This document shows positions 60,275 to 64,000 of a stretch of 64,000 nt of DNA, in pieces (position 1 is the stretch's first letter; every line of letters begins with the position of its first letter). Source of the stretch: an uncultured virus (IMG/VR IMGVR_UViG_3300035665_000019) (lineage: Duplodnaviria > Heunggongvirae > Uroviricota > Caudoviricetes); IMG/VR virus record IMGVR_UViG_3300035665_000019; one strand, 5' to 3'. A program made the translations under genes and the position numbers. The notes beneath the pieces were generated by a model. The model made no database searches. It was not told the origin of the DNA and saw nothing but the letters and a program-made list of their open reading frames with translations.

Positions 60275-61225
60275 TTAAACCACAATTTCCATACTAAGTC
60301 TAACTGTGCTGTAGAATAGATTATAGTTTAAAGATTGGTTATCAATAATGTTAACATTATCTATATAACTAATTCTCCAAAAATATTGATTATCGTCAAA
60401 CAATTGGTTATAATTTTTACGATTAGTATTTAAAGAACCGTCTTTATTAAGAGAATACACCTGATTTTTTATTACTTTGTTAATGTCATAAAATTTTAAA
60501 GGTTTTTCTTTTTGAAGTCTTATAATATCAACAATATTATTACGATCAATATAGTTTTCTGTAAAAATATGCAATAGTATATCTTGTTTTACGTCATATG
60601 TTAAAGATCCAAGTTCGTAAGGATTAAAATCGGCCGAATTAATTGGTTCTATTATTATGCATGGTAATTGTGCTCTATGATTAGAGGACGTTTCCTTATC
60701 AACGTCCGCTCTTTTAAAGGTCATTTCTTGGAGTCTTTTCCAGTCTGATAAATTTTCTTGAGCTTTATATACTTGGATAGCTCTATAAGAAAAGCTCATT
60801 TGAACATCTGAGTTAGACGGTAAGCCACTATTAAAAATTACTCTACCAAGATCATAGTTTAATTTAAATGGGTATTGGGAGGTTCCTGTTGGGGCCGGAG
60901 CGAATACATTATTTATATAAACACCACTAATATTAATAGGAGATCCTGAAGCGTAAACTACTCCGGTTTCGTATACCCATTGCTTTTTGAAAGTTTCCCA
61001 TACTTGTCCGCTTTTATATAAAGGGTCTTCTTTTTTAGTAAGTTTATGAAAACTAATATTATTAGAAATATTATTTGTTGGCCTATTTATATTAACAAAG
61101 CCCCCTATGTTTAGAAATCCCCAATTCAAGAATGATTTTAGATTTTCCTCTAACTGTACATATAAATAGTGTTTGCCAAGCTTATCAACATTTTGAAAGA
61201 AAGAATTCGGATTACAGTTTGTCAT
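60275..61225 (-). CDS. Putative tail terminator/completion protein, 316 aa
   Basis: Directly upstream of the tube gene. The segment QLPCIIIEP...DVKQDILLHIFTEN resembles the tail-terminator fold pattern. Confidence 0.5.
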   Translation of the reverse strand: MTNCNPNSFFQNVDKLGKHYLYVQLEENLKSFLNWGFLNIGGFVNINRPTNNISNNISFHKLTKKEDPLYKSGQVWETFKKQWVYETGVVYASGSPINISGVYINNVFAPAPTGTSQYPFKLNYDLGRVIFNSGLPSNSDVQMSFSYRAIQVYKAQENLSDWKRLQEMTFKRADVDKETSSNHRAQLPCIIIEPINSADFNPYELGSLTYDVKQDILLHIFTENYIDRNNIVDIIRLQKEKPLKFYDINKVIKNQVYSLNKDGSLNTNRKNYNQLFDDNQYFWRISYIDNVNIIDNQSLNYNLFYSTVRLSMEIVV

Positions 61226-61878
61226 GGTATGTGTCTCGTAATTTCTGTTTGAAATATATTATATATATTATCATCTAATTTATCTATGGCTCTTGTGATC
61301 CAATTATTATTAATTGTACCAGCAAATTGAGATGGTACTCTCCAATTTGATCCAGGGTCATCTTCCATAATAGCATTACCAGTTCTAGAGTAAATACTAG
61401 CTCCAAATTTAACACTATAATCTTTTACCAAAATATTTCCACCTTCTAATAATAACCATTTTAACCATGGCAATGAGTAGCCTCTTTGCGAATCATTAAC
61501 ATTTGCATCATTCATGGATAAAACGTTAGCAAAATCTCTCGCTATCATTTCTAAACTAAATCCGCCAGATAAACCATTATTAGTAATTTTCACCCCATTA
61601 TTTATTACAACTATATTAGATATCCAGGCATCTATAATTGAATTAACTCTTGATGATGCGTCTGGTATTCCTAATTCGTATCTGAGCTGTCCTCCAATTA
61701 ATGATTGATATTCTGGTTCATTTATGATAGCTTTTTTAACAATATCTTTTATTTGATTTTCTATAAATGGAATTGATTTTGATATAGTTATATTAACTTC
61801 ATCAGCCAGTGCCCTCAACATTGCTGCTCTAATTTGAGAATCTGTTTCTATTATTTTTATATTAAATTTTAGCGTCAT
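61222..61878 (-). CDS. Putative neck/tail-completion protein (~218 aa)
   Basis: The ORF track starts it at 61899. The ATG at 61878 (MTLKFNIK) forms an ATGA overlap with the upstream stop, and there is another ATGA overlap downstream. Confidence 0.55.
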   Translation of the reverse strand: MTLKFNIKIIETDSQIRAAMLRALADEVNITISKSIPFIENQIKDIVKKAIINEPEYQSLIGGQLRYELGIPDASSRVNSIIDAWISNIVVINNGVKITNNGLSGGFSLEMIARDFANVLSMNDANVNDSQRGYSLPWLKWLLLEGGNILVKDYSVKFGASIYSRTGNAIMEDDPGSNWRVPSQFAGTINNNWITRAIDKLDDNIYNIFQTEITRHIP

Positions 61879-62393
61879 TGTTGTCTTTGCCAAATGCAAA
61901 TTAAGTAATCTTTCGAACTAAGTCCAGCTATTTCTGGTTCTCCAGACAGAGTATACAAATTTGTATCATCGTTATTAAAATAAACATAATTACAGTTTTT
62001 AATTTTATTTATTAGCTCATATTTACATATTGTTTGTACAGATCCATCCGGAATTTGAACTGTTTTTGATTTCCAACCCATCCAGTATCTAGTATCATGA
62101 ATTACTGCTATCCTAACAGTATCTTTTGAGTCTTTGTCTATATATCCAAATCCGCCGCAAACAGGACAAATACTATTATTCTGAAATGGAGAAGGTCCTG
62201 TCCCATTATATTCGTTTGAGGATTTGTTAGCTATAGGATCAAATGTACAATTACCACAATAGTCTCTGAACGTGCTAGAATATTTAAAAGTGGCCGGTAT
62301 TGTTAAGGCAGTATCCTCTAGTAATGCATCTATTGCATAATTATATGTTTGCTTAAAATTTTCTGAAATAATATTACTAAATGGATTTGACAT
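61875..62393 (-). CDS. Putative head-closure/neck protein with CxxC...CPVCGG zinc finger, 172 aa
   Basis: CGNC and CPVCGGFG motifs. First gene after a promoter-like motif, in a neck-gene position. Confidence 0.55.
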   Translation of the reverse strand: MSNPFSNIISENFKQTYNYAIDALLEDTALTIPATFKYSSTFRDYCGNCTFDPIANKSSNEYNGTGPSPFQNNSICPVCGGFGYIDKDSKDTVRIAVIHDTRYWMGWKSKTVQIPDGSVQTICKYELINKIKNCNYVYFNNDDTNLYTLSGEPEIAGLSSKDYLICIWQRQQ

Positions 62394-62425
62394 AATTATA
62401 TATTATCCCTATGGCAAGAGTGCTA

Positions 62426-62439
62426 ATATTAGTTACACC
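62426..62439 (-). promoter_or_regulatory. Putative late-promoter motif GGTGTAACTAATAT
   Basis: Intergenic copy upstream of the 172-aa gene. Confidence 0.5.
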
Positions 62440-62448
62440 TAAAATAGA

Positions 62449-63429
62449 TCAATTAGTCTTTATAATAGCGCTCATACCTTTTTGATTATATAAGTTATCG
62501 CTATTTTTTATATATTTCTTAATAGAACCATTTTTAGAAAGATGAAGCCAATTGATAAATATATCATTATCTTCATTTACATTATTAATTAATTTACCAC
62601 ATATTAATGGTTTATTAAATATAAAACAATTGTTATTGTATGTAATTATTATTTTAAAAATTTCTTTTAAGTTTTTATTTTCTATGAGAATAAAATCTTC
62701 ACTATCAGATACTTCTATTGTCTGATTGTCTAAGCCCACAATATATCCAAATATTCTTTCTAGCGAATGGGGAATGGTTCCTTCTTTTATATCTGAGATC
62801 ATTCCAAAATTTAAAGTATTGTATAGAGTGTCGCAGATCTCATTGGGGAAATATTTTTTAAATAATTCTGATTTTGCCATGAACATTGTTCCTCCAATGA
62901 ATTTACAATTATCATTATTATAATCTGATAAATTTAAAATATGAGTCATTAAATATTCTATTATATTTTTATTATAAAATTCTTTATCATTATTCAAGAT
63001 AAGAGCTCTGGATCCTATCATTCCAATCTTATTGTTATTATCCATTTTAGAAATGTTATTTTGGAAAATATTTTTATTTCCTATTAATGCATTTACTAAA
63101 AATTCCCTCCAATTTACATTTTTATATCGACCCCATAGAGATTTTTTAGAATGTAACTTAATAAAGTATTTATGCTTTTTTGGATCTAGATCTTTCATTT
63201 GTAATAGGAATGGTCCTATATCAACTCCTCTATTATCCACATATCTAACAATACTGTTCCCATTAAAAGTATTTAAGCAATCTTTCTCAATATATTCGTT
63301 ATTATTTTCTATGTCATCATTACATAATAATAAATCTATATCTATATAGTCTTTTATTTTTAGCAATAATTCTTTGTATTCTTCCCATAAGGAAGGATAA
63401 TATAGATAAATTAAAATTTTAACTTTCAT
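62449..63429 (-). CDS. Rhamnan synthesis protein F (RgpF)-like glycosyltransferase, 326 aa
   Basis: Motifs VDNRGVDIGPFL, FIKLHSKKS, WR..L, FIGGTMFMAK and HSLERIFG, typical of the RgpF family. Confidence 0.8.
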   Translation of the reverse strand: MKVKILIYLYYPSLWEEYKELLLKIKDYIDIDLLLCNDDIENNNEYIEKDCLNTFNGNSIVRYVDNRGVDIGPFLLQMKDLDPKKHKYFIKLHSKKSLWGRYKNVNWREFLVNALIGNKNIFQNNISKMDNNNKIGMIGSRALILNNDKEFYNKNIIEYLMTHILNLSDYNNDNCKFIGGTMFMAKSELFKKYFPNEICDTLYNTLNFGMISDIKEGTIPHSLERIFGYIVGLDNQTIEVSDSEDFILIENKNLKEIFKIIITYNNNCFIFNKPLICGKLINNVNEDNDIFINWLHLSKNGSIKKYIKNSDNLYNQKGMSAIIKTN

Positions 63430-63434
63430 AAATC

Positions 63435-64000
63435 CTAAATCGCTTTTATAGCAAACATGTATCCTTTGTTTCTATATAGATACGAACTACTAGTACTATC
63501 AGAAGTCCAAAATACTCTAAAAATTAAATCGGGAGTAGATGTTACGCAAAATATTTCTTTTTCAAAAGAAAAACCACTACTAGATATATTTCTAATATAT
63601 GTATTGTTTAGATCATTGGAATCTATACCATATATATATGTAATATCTTGATTTGGTAAAGTAATTAAAGCGTTAACATCACTAGTAATAGAACTTAAGC
63701 TTGTGGCACCATTGCGGGGCTCAAATGTCATTCCTATTTTAATAAAATATGCTCCAGTATTAGTTAACTGTAAATAAATAGGATCTAGTTCAGAATTAAG
63801 ACTTGTTCCTGGAGCTTTGCCAAAACCTGTGGATTGATAAGAAGAAAATCCTAAAGACCCACTACTGCCGGTTTTTCCTTTTGGTCCACGAGGACCAACA
63901 CTACCATCTCTACCGGGCGGACCTTGAGGACCAGGAAATCCAGAACTTATTTCAATTATATTAGATACAAATAAATTATCTTCTATATTTAATATTTCAG
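63435..64000 (-). CDS. Collagen-like (Gly-X-Y) protein, 5'-partial
   Basis: The frame of the 98-aa ORF stays open to the right edge: ...IIEISSGFPGPQGPPGRDGSVGPRGPKGKTGSSGSLGFSSY...IKIGMTFEPRNG, with 11 consecutive Gly-X-Y triplets (~63850-63945). Confidence 0.8.
   Translation of the reverse strand, partial: EILNIEDNLFVSNIIEISSGFPGPQGPPGRDGSVGPRGPKGKTGSSGSLGFSSYQSTGFGKAPGTSLNSELDPIYLQLTNTGAYFIKIGMTFEPRNGATSLSSITSDVNALITLPNQDITYIYGIDSNDLNNTYIRNISSSGFSFEKEIFCVTSTPDLIFRVFWTSDSTSSSYLYRNKGYMFAIKAI

Noticed and set aside
58907..62393. Contractile tail sheath gene
   Set aside because: No ORF with sheath-like size or motifs lies between the neck genes and the tube gene. One could exist outside the window.
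1..64000. Stop-codon reassignment, CRISPR array, tRNA genes, introns or inteins
   Set aside because: Very long ORFs tile the window under the standard code, with TAA, TAG and TGA all used as stops. I saw no repeat-spacer array, cloverleaf, or intein/homing endonuclease motif, and the intergenic gaps are very short.

Overview
The window is a contiguous, almost entirely minus-strand, AT-rich virion-morphogenesis region of a large tailed phage. It uses the standard genetic code. No tail-sheath gene was seen, so the phage is probably siphovirus-like. Read in the direction of transcription (right to left), it holds: a collagen-like protein (partial), an RgpF-like glycan-synthesis protein, probable neck/tail-completion genes, a probable major tail tube protein, probable tail chaperones, a 4648-aa tape measure protein (TMP), a ~30 kb block of giant fibre/adhesin-like genes (YadA-like, LamG, FN3, RCC1, CotH-kinase, FGE-sulfatase, Thr/Pro mucin-like linkers), and probable tail-tip/hub genes. 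The main finding is that the TMP looks like a cargo-carrying polyprotein. Five enzyme-like modules sit inside it: an SNase-like nuclease, a P-loop kinase plus HxGH nucleotidyltransferase, a PD-(D/E)xK-like nuclease, an ADP-ribosyltransferase and a GNAT acetyltransferase. Recurring (F/Y/R)AxGG motifs mark every module boundary, and two cargo blocks are each bracketed by a pair of DTVPAxLTPGEFV modules. This suggests an injected, possibly proteolytically processed, swappable effector array. All domain calls were made by eye from motifs; no database search was run.
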